Shown here: piece after piece, positions 1 through 9,190 of the stretch
How positions within the stretch are numbered: position 1 is the stretch's first letter
How the letters are laid out: every line of letters begins with the position of its first letter
Virus record (IMG/VR): IMGVR_UViG_3300022074_007082
Coordinates: 1 to 60,316 of that record
DNA length: 60,316 bases
Direction: 5' to 3' (one strand)
Source of the DNA: a virus
Taxonomy: Duplodnaviria > Caudoviricetes
The notes under the pieces: model-generated
What the model saw: only the letters and a program-made list of their open reading frames with translations
Told to the model about the DNA's origin: nothing
Database searches by the model: none
Made by a program: the position numbers and the translations under genes

Positions 1-12
1 AGGTATAAAAGT

Positions 13-1008
13 ATGATTTTATTAAGTTTCGGAACTAGACCAGAGTGGATTAAGATTAAGCCATTGCTAGACCAAATGGACGGCAACATTCCATACCGCC
101 TTCTCTTTACAGGTCAGCACGTAGACCTGCTATCAAAAGTAGGAAAAGATAAGGATTTAGTCAAGTTAGAAATCAAAGACGGTCCTAACCGACTTGACTC
201 TATCGTGAGTTCCGTTATGAATTTGGAAGAGATTTTTGAAGGTGTAACCTCTGTTTTAGTTCAAGGGGATACTACTTCTGCTTTCTCTATTGCTCTTGCT
301 GCTTTTCACAGAAGGATCAAAGTAATCCATCTGGAGGCGGGTCTAAGAACATACGATAAAAATCAACCATATCCAGAGGAATTTAATCGACAAGCCATTT
401 CTAGGATTGCCGACGTTCATCTTTGCCCAACAACAATGTCGAGAGACTTTTTAAAAAACGAAACAACTCAGGGCAGAGTAGAAGTCGTAGGCAATACTGT
501 GTTGGATAATCTGCGAGGGATAGAAACTAAGTATACAAACAAAGTTATTGTAACGATGCATCGCAGAGAAAACCACGACAACATGGATGAATGGTTTAAA
601 GCTATTGATAAGATTGCCGAAGCCAACAAAAACTTGGAGTTTATTATTCCTCTGCATCCAAATCCTAACGTTCAAAAGCACAAGCATTTGTTAAAAAACC
701 TTAAAATTGTTGAGCCAGTAGAGTATAATAAATTCATAAAGTTGCTGGCTAAAACAAGGCTCGTTATCACTGATTCTGGCGGCTTACAAGAGGAAACTTC
801 TTTTCTAAAAAAGAAATGTATTGTATGCCGAAAGAAAACAGAAAGACTTGAGGGTGTCGGCACTTTTGCTTTAATGTGTCTTGAACCAGAGGATTTGGAA
901 GGTCTTTTCAATCAAGTCAACGCAGATCATATACCTGTTGGAGACTGCCCCTATGGAGATGGATACGCTGCCCAAAAAGTGTATGAGGTCTTAAAGGATG
1001 AAGTTTGA
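13..1008 (+). CDS. wecB: UDP-N-acetylglucosamine 2-epimerase (non-hydrolysing)
   Basis: Motifs GTRPE, TGQH, QGDT, HLEAGLR, PEEFNR, HRREN, TDSGGLQEE and YGDG in the expected order. Confidence 0.95.
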   Translation: MILLSFGTRPEWIKIKPLLDQMDGNIPYRLLFTGQHVDLLSKVGKDKDLVKLEIKDGPNRLDSIVSSVMNLEEIFEGVTSVLVQGDTTSAFSIALAAFHRRIKVIHLEAGLRTYDKNQPYPEEFNRQAISRIADVHLCPTTMSRDFLKNETTQGRVEVVGNTVLDNLRGIETKYTNKVIVTMHRRENHDNMDEWFKAIDKIAEANKNLEFIIPLHPNPNVQKHKHLLKNLKIVEPVEYNKFIKLLAKTRLVITDSGGLQEETSFLKKKCIVCRKKTERLEGVGTFALMCLEPEDLEGLFNQVNADHIPVGDCPYGDGYAAQKVYEVLKDEV

Positions 1009-1774
1009 AGAAGATTTTTTCAATCTGCTTGGAAAATTAAAAAGAAACGAACCATTTGCATACACTCGCTTTTCTGATGGCGAGATTTGTGTTATGCAAG
1101 ATAAAGAGTTAAAACTGGCTGACGATCACGTTGTTATGGGAGAGACCCATTATAACTTTGGTTACTCAGCAGACGACCACAAACATTACGATCCAAGCCA
1201 GCACGGCTTCCTAAAAGACATTCTAATCGAGGCTTACAAATACAAGAAAGAAAACTATTTTGTTGGTGGCATATGTAAAGACTGTACCTGCGCCTCAAAG
1301 GAATTCGCCCCTTGGATGCATGAATTATATGGTCAGGTAGATGACAATCTCACATCTGCAAACTTACTTGTTAACTCAAACTACCCCCTGTTCGTCGGAC
1401 ACTTTATTCCAGAGTTAAAAAAGAAAAAAGTTGTCTTTATCTGTAGTGAGAACGCTGACCTATCTAATAGCGGATTTGACGTTGCAAAAGATTTTCGTGT
1501 GGGAAAAAATTGTATTGTTAATGATCACCATTTAGTAGTTGACATTAAGCAGTGGATCGACGATAATAGTATAGAAGACCACGTATTCTTGTTTTCTGCT
1601 AGCAGCTTAAGTGAAGTTCTTATATATGAATTGTACAAGCATAATGATAAGAATACCTACATTGATGTTGGCACAACTTTGCATCCTTATATGGGTCTAG
1701 AAATACAGAGAGATTACTTGAGGGCTTATCATAATAATATGCCCCACCCTGACCTTTTCAAATCGTGTGTATGA
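998..1774 (+). CDS. Putative GT-D fold (DUF1792-like) glycosyltransferase
   Basis: N-terminal TRFSDGE and C-terminal YIDVG resemble the RxxDGE and IDIG motifs of GT-D proteins; sugar-cluster context. Confidence 0.6.
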   Translation: MKFEEDFFNLLGKLKRNEPFAYTRFSDGEICVMQDKELKLADDHVVMGETHYNFGYSADDHKHYDPSQHGFLKDILIEAYKYKKENYFVGGICKDCTCASKEFAPWMHELYGQVDDNLTSANLLVNSNYPLFVGHFIPELKKKKVVFICSENADLSNSGFDVAKDFRVGKNCIVNDHHLVVDIKQWIDDNSIEDHVFLFSASSLSEVLIYELYKHNDKNTYIDVGTTLHPYMGLEIQRDYLRAYHNNMPHPDLFKSCV

Positions 1775-2157
1775 TGGAATTAGTGCAAAATAAACCCGAA
1801 TATTGGGAATTCATTAGAACCCTCAGAAACCATCCTGATGTAAAGGGAGGTTTTATTCAGCAAGAAGACATAGAGAGAGGGTCACACGAAGAATATATGC
1901 TGAGATACGGTTTGTTTTTCTATGTTTGCTTAATTAATGGACAGCCAGCAGGATATGTTGGTGTAATTGATAGGGACATTAGAGTTGCAACACATCCTGA
2001 TTTTCAGGGTAAAGGTGTTGGAAAATATATGATAAACCAATTGATGGAAATGCATTCTGATGCCTTTGCAAAAGTAAAAATAGAAAATGAAGCTAGCATG
2101 AGGTTGTTTGAGTCTTGCGGATTTAAAAAGAAATATTATATTTTGGAGAAAGAATAA
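1771..2157 (+). CDS. GNAT N-acetyltransferase (PseH-like)
   Basis: Acetyl-CoA motif HPDFQGKGVG and NEASMRLFESCGF. Start placed at the ATGA overlap (1771) instead of the GTG at 1765. Confidence 0.85.
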   Translation: MMELVQNKPEYWEFIRTLRNHPDVKGGFIQQEDIERGSHEEYMLRYGLFFYVCLINGQPAGYVGVIDRDIRVATHPDFQGKGVGKYMINQLMEMHSDAFAKVKIENEASMRLFESCGFKKKYYILEKE

Positions 2158-3020
2158 TGTATAAATTAGTGTTTGATTTGGGCTGCAATGTTATGGATTT
2201 TACCGAGGTATGTCTTCAAGAGCATAAAGGGTGTAAAGTTGTATGCGTTGACGCAATCGATTATATGAAATATCCAACTACAGGTGTTCCTGATAAGATT
2301 CAGAGGCTTAACGAAGAATATGAAGGCGAAGTTTTGTTTATAAATGCTTTAGTTAGTGACATTGACGATCAAGTAGGAGATTTTTATCTTAATGCTATGC
2401 ATCCAACCACATCAACCGCATCTGACAAGTGGATGAATGATTCTAGGTTTGCATTAGGCAATGATCATATCTTAGAACACCACAGGCAACAAATTCGCAT
2501 AGAATTTCACAATGGTGGTCACGCAAACGCAAAAGAACTTAGTTTGGAGCAATTTAAAGAAGCGATAATTAGTAGATATGGTAGCATTAAATCCTATATG
2601 GAGCAAGTTAGAAACTCAAATTTTCACAAGATGGAGACTAAAACAATAAATTTAGAAAAAATGGTAGAACTCTTTGGTAAACCAGATTTGATCAAAATTG
2701 ATATAGAGGGCTATGAGAAAAAAGCAATTATGGGATTGAATGAAAAGGTTGAGAAAATTTGCTTTGAATGGACAGAGGAGATGCTTTCTGACTTAATTGA
2801 CTCTTTTGGTCATTTAAAAGACTTAGGCTATACTCAATTTTCTGTTTTAGGATTTTTTGAAGAAAAAGAAAAACTAGAACACTTGATTTATGATGAAGTC
2901 GGAGATGAGTTCTTAAAAGAGCCTGAAGTATATCATTCCTACGAGGTTGTTGTGGAAGAATTGAAAAAAACGTGTGTACCCAATAGAAGAGTTAATTGGG
3001 GAATGGCATGGGTAAAATAG
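2157..3020 (+). CDS. FkbM-family SAM-dependent methyltransferase
   Basis: VFDLGCN (DxGAN-like) and LIKIDIEGYE motifs. Confidence 0.85.
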   Translation: MYKLVFDLGCNVMDFTEVCLQEHKGCKVVCVDAIDYMKYPTTGVPDKIQRLNEEYEGEVLFINALVSDIDDQVGDFYLNAMHPTTSTASDKWMNDSRFALGNDHILEHHRQQIRIEFHNGGHANAKELSLEQFKEAIISRYGSIKSYMEQVRNSNFHKMETKTINLEKMVELFGKPDLIKIDIEGYEKKAIMGLNEKVEKICFEWTEEMLSDLIDSFGHLKDLGYTQFSVLGFFEEKEKLEHLIYDEVGDEFLKEPEVYHSYEVVVEELKKTCVPNRRVNWGMAWVK

Positions 3021-3641
3021 ATGTTACATAATCCTTATAAAGTAGTTCAAATGTTTGAAGAAGAAGTTGCACATTATACTGGCGCTCCATATGCAGTCTC
3101 GGTTAATAGCTGCACTAATGCTCTTTTTCTTGCTTGCAAATGGCACAGAGTAGAAGGCAAGGAAGTGATCTTACCTAAGAGGACTTACCTCTCACCCCCT
3201 CAATCTGTTATGCAAGCAGGCGGGAAATTGATATTCGAGGATATAGATTGGAAAGGCATATATCAATTAAAACCATTCCCAATCTATGATGCAGCAAAAA
3301 GGCTTACATCAAATATGTATATCCCCGGAACAATGATGTGTCTCTCATTTCACATTAAAAAACAACTTAAGATCGGCAAGGGTGGTATGATACTTCTTGA
3401 TGATGCTGAAGCAGTAAAGTGGTTAAAAGCGCGTAGATATGAGGGCAGGACTGACGGGATGAAGTACCACGAGGATATGATTGATGAGGAAGGATGGAAT
3501 ATGTATATGACTCCTGAACAGGCAGCGAGAGGCTTAACTCTTATGCAGAACTATCCCGAGCATATGCCCGATCTTCCAGAAAACCCTCCCTACAGGGATT
3601 TAACAGAATTTAATTTATTTAAAAATATTGAGGTAAGATAA
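3021..3641 (+). CDS. DegT/DnrJ/EryC1/StrS PLP aminotransferase, unusually short (206 aa)
   Basis: FEEEVA, AVSVNSCTNAL, IYDAA and SFHIKKQL..GKGG with the catalytic Lys position retained. Confidence 0.85.
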   Translation: MLHNPYKVVQMFEEEVAHYTGAPYAVSVNSCTNALFLACKWHRVEGKEVILPKRTYLSPPQSVMQAGGKLIFEDIDWKGIYQLKPFPIYDAAKRLTSNMYIPGTMMCLSFHIKKQLKIGKGGMILLDDAEAVKWLKARRYEGRTDGMKYHEDMIDEEGWNMYMTPEQAARGLTLMQNYPEHMPDLPENPPYRDLTEFNLFKNIEVR

Positions 3642-4369
3642 TGAAAGCACCCGAAAGAATCCCATCAGAACATTTTAATGGTTATATTATGGACGGAGGA
3701 GCTATATTAGAGTACAATTATGCAAATGATTGTTCGGACGAAATCCAAAAGCAGTTTAATGATAATTTTAAGCCAGAGATTTTTAAACAATATCTAGAGA
3801 AAGCCGCAAAGAGAGAAAATTTCTATTATGGTCCTACAGATTTGTGGCTATATGAAGCTTTAGCAAAGTATCCTATTGAAGGAAAAGATATTTGTATCAT
3901 TGGATCTGCTAACCCTTGGTATGAAGCGATTGCAATCTCTTTTGGGGTCAATAGCTGCACGGTTATTGAGTATTCCAAAAGAGAATCTTTCCACGACAAA
4001 ATCACATATCTTCAACCACACGAGATAACTGAGGGTGATTTTGATGTTTGTTTTTCAATTTCTTCTGTAGAACATGACGGGCTCGGTCGATATGGAGACC
4101 CCCTAGATCCTGACGGCGATCTAAAGGCTATGGAAAACTTAAAGAATTTTATAAAAGATGATGCCTTGGTGTATTTTGCAGTCCCTGTTGGTTTGGACAA
4201 GGTTGTGTTCAACACTCACAGGGTTTACGGCGAGAAAAGAATGCCAAAAATTTTAAAAGGCTGGGAAACTGTTGATAAATTTGGTTTTTTCGAAGAATCT
4301 TTCACAAACAACTTCAACGGTATTAATGGCACCCCATACCAGCCCGTAACTGTTCTGAGGAAAAAATGA
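3641..4369 (+). CDS. DUF268-family methyltransferase-fold protein
   Basis: SSVEHDGLGRYGDPLDPDGD, AVPVG and FNTHRVYG signature. Confidence 0.8.
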   Translation: MKAPERIPSEHFNGYIMDGGAILEYNYANDCSDEIQKQFNDNFKPEIFKQYLEKAAKRENFYYGPTDLWLYEALAKYPIEGKDICIIGSANPWYEAIAISFGVNSCTVIEYSKRESFHDKITYLQPHEITEGDFDVCFSISSVEHDGLGRYGDPLDPDGDLKAMENLKNFIKDDALVYFAVPVGLDKVVFNTHRVYGEKRMPKILKGWETVDKFGFFEESFTNNFNGINGTPYQPVTVLRKK

Positions 4370-5265
4370 TCACATTTTCACAACTCGGTAAGCACGGAAG
4401 GTTGGGAAACCAACTTTATCAATATGCGGCACTTCGAGGTATAAGCGAGAAGACCGGCATAGAGTGTAAAATACCAAATTTTGATAATTTTCTTTGGCAT
4501 GGTCAAAAGTGTTTGCTTAATAGTTTTAACATTAAAGCAGATTTTTATAACGAAGAGGAAGCTAGGTCTATAGAAAGAAATATAGTAGAGCCTGATCCAA
4601 ATGTGTTTTATAAAGAATTCTTTACAACCCCTAGTAATTCTAACATCCACGGCTTCTTTCAATTTACTAAATACTTTGATCATTGTGAGGAATTAATTCG
4701 CAATGAACTTAGACCAAAAGAGCATTTTTTACTGGAGGCTAAGAAAAAACTAGACCTTTACAGGCAGGATGGTCATGAAATAGTCAGTATACATATCAGA
4801 AGGGGAGATATGATGACAGTTATGTATCCAGCTACTGGGATGCATCCAAGCCAAGTTTATGGTCCTGATAACATATTTGATAATAATACAATATATGGGA
4901 ATTATTTAAATAAAGCTATGTCTTTCTTCGAAAATAAGAAAGTTAAATACCTAATATTCTCTGGTGGGAATAGAAGCGCTGATGACTCTACAGACATCCA
5001 ATATATAAGAAAGGTTTTTAATGATGATAGATTTATTATTTCTGATTCGAACGATCCAATGCAGGATTTTTCATTAATAATGTCTTGCGATCACAACATC
5101 TCTTGTCATCAAACTAGCTTTGGGTGGTGGGCTTCTTATATGAATGATAACGAAAATAGGATTGTGACTGCGCCAGAACATTATTATTTTGAGATGCCAA
5201 AAGAAAAAAGTGATGCTAGAATATCAAACGGAACGTTTCCTTCTAACTGGACAATTATTGGGTGA
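4366..5265 (+). CDS. GT11 alpha-1,2-fucosyltransferase-family glycosyltransferase
   Basis: GRLGNQLYQYA, HIRRGD and SFGWWA motifs. Confidence 0.92.
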   Translation: MITFSQLGKHGRLGNQLYQYAALRGISEKTGIECKIPNFDNFLWHGQKCLLNSFNIKADFYNEEEARSIERNIVEPDPNVFYKEFFTTPSNSNIHGFFQFTKYFDHCEELIRNELRPKEHFLLEAKKKLDLYRQDGHEIVSIHIRRGDMMTVMYPATGMHPSQVYGPDNIFDNNTIYGNYLNKAMSFFENKKVKYLIFSGGNRSADDSTDIQYIRKVFNDDRFIISDSNDPMQDFSLIMSCDHNISCHQTSFGWWASYMNDNENRIVTAPEHYYFEMPKEKSDARISNGTFPSNWTIIG

Positions 5266-5268
5266 TAT

Positions 5269-5601
5269 ATGAAAAAGAAGACATATGTATTTGACTTAGA
5301 CCATACTTTGTGCGATACTTTAAGAAAAGAAAATGGAGATTGGGATTACTTCGGCGCAAAGCCCTACGAAGATAGGGTGGCAAAAGTAAATCAGTTGTTT
5401 GAAGAGGGCAATACAATATATATTGAAACAGCAAGAGGGTCTAGCTCTAAAAACAATTGGTATATTGAAACTCACAATCAATTAATTTCTTGGGGCTTAA
5501 AATTCCATCAGCTAAGAGTCGGAGTCAAATTAGTTGCCGATTACTATATTGATGATAAGGGAATAAGCGATAAGGATTTTTTTGAAGATGAGCAGCGTTA
5601 A
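5269..5601 (+). CDS. Small capless HAD phosphatase (capsule-biosynthesis type)
   Basis: FDLDHT (DxD), TARG and YIDDK. Confidence 0.85.
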   Translation: MKKKTYVFDLDHTLCDTLRKENGDWDYFGAKPYEDRVAKVNQLFEEGNTIYIETARGSSSKNNWYIETHNQLISWGLKFHQLRVGVKLVADYYIDDKGISDKDFFEDEQR

Positions 5602-6925
5602 CAAAATATTAAAAAAAAGCCCTTCTTTTATAAAAAAAATATATTATGATTTAGTTCCTTTTGAAAAAAGGTATGGAAAGGTGTTCCAAGAGACATTTTA
5701 TAATCTTTCTTTGTCACGAAATTTATCACTCCAGCACCTACAAGATTATCAGTATACAAATTTTGTGAAGTTAATTGAGCATGCATATGAAAACGTGCCA
5801 TATTATACAAAGATAATGAACGACAGACAATTGACCCCTAAGTCATTTAAGTCGGTTGAGGATATTTCTTTACTTCCTTTTCTAACAAAAGATATAATAA
5901 CAAATAATTTTAATGATTTGATTGCCCAAAATATGAAGCACATAAAGTCGGTAGAATTTAGAACTAGCGGCTCAACTGGTAAAAAGTTAGTTTTTTTAGG
6001 CACTGATGACGTATATAAAAAAGAAGCAGCTTTTGTCTTGAGAGCCTTCAGAGATCACGGTGCAACTATGTACGATAAGCCTAGTGTGTGGTTGCGAAGA
6101 TTTGTGCCAAAAGACGGTCAAAAAAAATGGTATTATGATTGTGAATTGAGAAGGCTATATATGTCGGCGTATCATCTTAATTTGAAAAGCGCTACAGAAT
6201 ATGTTAACAAGATTAATTTAGATAAATACCACACTTTGGTTGGATATCCTTCTAGTATATATGTTCTTGCATGTTTGTGCGAGGAGGCTAATCTAGAATT
6301 AAAGCATATAAAAGCCATTCATACTGCGTCTGAAAAAATGCTCCCAGAGTGGAAAAATAAAATACATAGTGTCTTTGGAATATCTCCTAAGAGTCATTAT
6401 GGGATGCAAGAAAAGGCAAGTTTCCATCACCAGACTTTAGATAGCGACTTTTATTATGAAAACTTAGAGTATGGAGTAACTGAGTTTATTGAAGAAGACA
6501 ACCAAAGTGTCATTGTAGGTACTGGATTTCTCAATTATTATATGCCATTTATTAGATACAAAACAAATGATACAGCAGTACTAAACAACGAACAAAAAAC
6601 TTTGTTTAAAATTCAAGATATTAATGGAAGATGCGATGATATCTTGATATCGGAGGATGGTTGTAGACTTCCGGGAGTTAATTTTTATACGATGATGTAT
6701 AAAATAGATGGCGTCAAGATGTTTCAAATTAGACAAGTTAGTCGAAAAGTTATAGATTTTTATTTAGTTCCAAGCAGCCTTTTCTCTGATAGCACCATTA
6801 CACAAATTAGAACAGGAATGTATCAACGATTGGGAAATATAAAGGTCAATATTATAATAAAAGATTCTATCGACAGAAATAAAACAACAGGTAAAGTGAG
6901 GTGTATCTTCAATGAATGTGTTTGA
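5588..6925 (+). CDS. CapK / phenylacetate-CoA ligase-like adenylate-forming enzyme
   Basis: HAYENVPYY, LPFLTK, TSGSTG P-loop, GYPS, YGMQE, RYKTND and GRCDD. ATG 5588 chosen; TTG 5582 is an alternative. Confidence 0.88.
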   Translation: MSSVNKILKKSPSFIKKIYYDLVPFEKRYGKVFQETFYNLSLSRNLSLQHLQDYQYTNFVKLIEHAYENVPYYTKIMNDRQLTPKSFKSVEDISLLPFLTKDIITNNFNDLIAQNMKHIKSVEFRTSGSTGKKLVFLGTDDVYKKEAAFVLRAFRDHGATMYDKPSVWLRRFVPKDGQKKWYYDCELRRLYMSAYHLNLKSATEYVNKINLDKYHTLVGYPSSIYVLACLCEEANLELKHIKAIHTASEKMLPEWKNKIHSVFGISPKSHYGMQEKASFHHQTLDSDFYYENLEYGVTEFIEEDNQSVIVGTGFLNYYMPFIRYKTNDTAVLNNEQKTLFKIQDINGRCDDILISEDGCRLPGVNFYTMMYKIDGVKMFQIRQVSRKVIDFYLVPSSLFSDSTITQIRTGMYQRLGNIKVNIIIKDSIDRNKTTGKVRCIFNECV

Positions 6926-7964
6926 AAGAATATCAAAATTAGAGCCATACACCCCAAGCGACAGAAATTTTAATTTTGATGATTGGTGTTATTGCGACTG
7001 GAATGAATCCCAATTCTGCCCATCTCCATCTGTATTATCAAGTATACAGGATTTTATTATAAACAGTAAAATTGAAAAGTACCCGCTAACAAACAATCAG
7101 CATCTTACAGACTTGTTATGCAGTTATACGGGATTAAGTGCGGAAAATATCGCGATTTACAATGGATCTGATGATGCTTTGAAAGACATTTTTATTTCTT
7201 TTGCTGATGAAAAAACAAGAGTTGCAACATATAGCCCGTCATACACTCAGGTAGATACATTTATTGCAATGTCGACGAACAATCACCACAGAGAGCAAAT
7301 AATAGATCCTTTAGGGGAGCATATATATGATTTTAAAATTTTAAAAGATTTCGACATAGTTTATTTGGTTAACCCAAACAATCCAACAGGGCATATTATT
7401 GAAAAAGAATCAATTGAACAAATTTTATTTGATAATCCCGACACCTTGTTTATTATCGATGAGGCTTATTATGAGTTCTCGCACGTTACTTGTAGTGACT
7501 TGGTTTTAAAATACGACAATATAATAGTTACGAGAACGTTTTCCAAAGCTTTTGGTCTAGCATCTCTTAGGATTGGATACGCATTGGGGTCAAAAGATAA
7601 AATATCTTTTTTAAATAAAATCAGAAATGTTAAGAGTGTCAATGCTATAGCACAAGTTGCAGCCATGGCTTCATTGAAAGACTTGGATTATCTAAACAAG
7701 TGTGTCATAGAAACAAAAAGGTCAAGAAAACTTTTGCAGGATTATATTGAAAAATCAGAACACCTATCCTGTGCAAAGAGTCATTCGAACTTCGTGTTGG
7801 TACGGACAGAAAATTCAGAGAATGTAATAAAAAAGATGGCTGATAATAAAATTTCAATTAGAGACAGAAGCTATTTTAAAAATCTAAACAATTGTATTAG
7901 AATAACTGTCGGGTCTTTAGAAACAACAAAGAGAATTATCGAGATATTGGAGAGTTCAAAATGA
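6912..7964 (+). CDS. HisC/CobD-like fold-type I PLP enzyme (aminotransferase or decarboxylase)
   Basis: NGSDD, NPNNPTG, DEAY, RTFSKAFGLASLRIGY and IRITVG. Confidence 0.88.
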   Translation: MNVFERISKLEPYTPSDRNFNFDDWCYCDWNESQFCPSPSVLSSIQDFIINSKIEKYPLTNNQHLTDLLCSYTGLSAENIAIYNGSDDALKDIFISFADEKTRVATYSPSYTQVDTFIAMSTNNHHREQIIDPLGEHIYDFKILKDFDIVYLVNPNNPTGHIIEKESIEQILFDNPDTLFIIDEAYYEFSHVTCSDLVLKYDNIIVTRTFSKAFGLASLRIGYALGSKDKISFLNKIRNVKSVNAIAQVAAMASLKDLDYLNKCVIETKRSRKLLQDYIEKSEHLSCAKSHSNFVLVRTENSENVIKKMADNKISIRDRSYFKNLNNCIRITVGSLETTKRIIEILESSK

Positions 7965-9190
7965 ATGTGTCTTTTATAGGATTGGGCAAGCTAGGATTGC
8001 CATTAGCTGGATTATTAGCAAGGGATAACAATGTTTTATGTATTGACAAGAACGAGTACATTCTCAGTCAGCTAAGTGAGGGACAATTACCTTTTTATGA
8101 AACTGGACTTAAAGAGCTTTTGTCTGAAGTGTCTGATAATATTATCGACTATACTGATTCCTATAGGAGAGCTATAGAAGAGACCGATGCAGCAGTTATT
8201 TTAGTAAATACACAAATGGGAGATAATGGATACTCTGCTGAATTTGTGAAATCTGCTGTGACTGACTTAGCACTTAACCTAAAGAAGTCTGATAAGGAAT
8301 ACTTTACAATTATCCTTTCTTCTACTGTGCTTCCCGGAACAATTGTACAAGAGTTGATTCCCTTGGCAGAAAAGATATCCGGTAGAAAATGTGGTTTCGG
8401 GTTTGGTTTTTCATATGTACCAGATTTTGTAAAGCTGGGTAGCGTTATCCATGACTTTAAGAATCCCGAGTTCTTTGTGGTTGGAGCCAACAATGAGAGG
8501 GATTATAATGAGACATATGATATCTTCAAGGGAGTACACGAAAACGATTGCAAAACCTTTCAACTAACGCTAGAAGAAACTGAAGTTGCTAAGGTTAGTC
8601 TAAACGCATTTATCGTAAATAAGATTACATTTGCCAACTTTCTAGGGATGATGTGCGACGGTATGAATAACGTTGATGTCCATAACGTAACTAGCGTTAT
8701 AGGGCTAGATAGACGAATATCTCCTTATTTTTTCAAGAGCGGCACCCCGTACGGGGGAACTTGTTTCCCTAGAGATGCCTTAGCTTTTATAAAGTTTGCT
8801 AAAGATAGAGATTTGAAAGCGAATAATTTAATATTTGCAGAGGAAGTAAACGAAGACTTACAAGAACTTATATTTCAAAAATGTAAGCCTCACAAATCAG
8901 TTGGTGTATTGGGGGTTTCGTTTAAGCCTACCTCGCCTGTAACAATTGGATCACCATCGAAGATACTGATAGAATCATTGATCAAGAATAAGAAAAATGT
9001 CAATGTTTTTGACAAGCTACCAGAAACATACTCAAACTTGGGTCTTGATACGAACGAATGCTCAAGTGCCCAAGAGTGTGTCGATAAAAGCGATATTGTT
9101 GTCATAATGCACCCCGATAGAGATTTTTCAAATTTAAATTATGACAATGTTTTATTGGTTGATTTATGGGGAATTAAGGAGAAAAGATGA
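7961..9190 (+). CDS. UDP-glucose/GDP-mannose 6-dehydrogenase family
   Basis: GLGKLG Rossmann motif, VNT, STVLPGT, catalytic Cys in GGTCFPRD, and GVSFKP. Confidence 0.9.
   Translation: MNVSFIGLGKLGLPLAGLLARDNNVLCIDKNEYILSQLSEGQLPFYETGLKELLSEVSDNIIDYTDSYRRAIEETDAAVILVNTQMGDNGYSAEFVKSAVTDLALNLKKSDKEYFTIILSSTVLPGTIVQELIPLAEKISGRKCGFGFGFSYVPDFVKLGSVIHDFKNPEFFVVGANNERDYNETYDIFKGVHENDCKTFQLTLEETEVAKVSLNAFIVNKITFANFLGMMCDGMNNVDVHNVTSVIGLDRRISPYFFKSGTPYGGTCFPRDALAFIKFAKDRDLKANNLIFAEEVNEDLQELIFQKCKPHKSVGVLGVSFKPTSPVTIGSPSKILIESLIKNKKNVNVFDKLPETYSNLGLDTNECSSAQECVDKSDIVVIMHPDRDFSNLNYDNVLLVDLWGIKEKR

Noticed and set aside
5605-6130. A8/T8 homopolymer runs in the CapK-like gene as phase-variation tracts
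   Set aside because: Short A/T runs are expected in this AT-rich stretch and the frame is intact
6912-7964. hisC as a histidine-biosynthesis gene
   Set aside because: No other his genes, and it is embedded among sugar-modification genes, so the symbol was withheld
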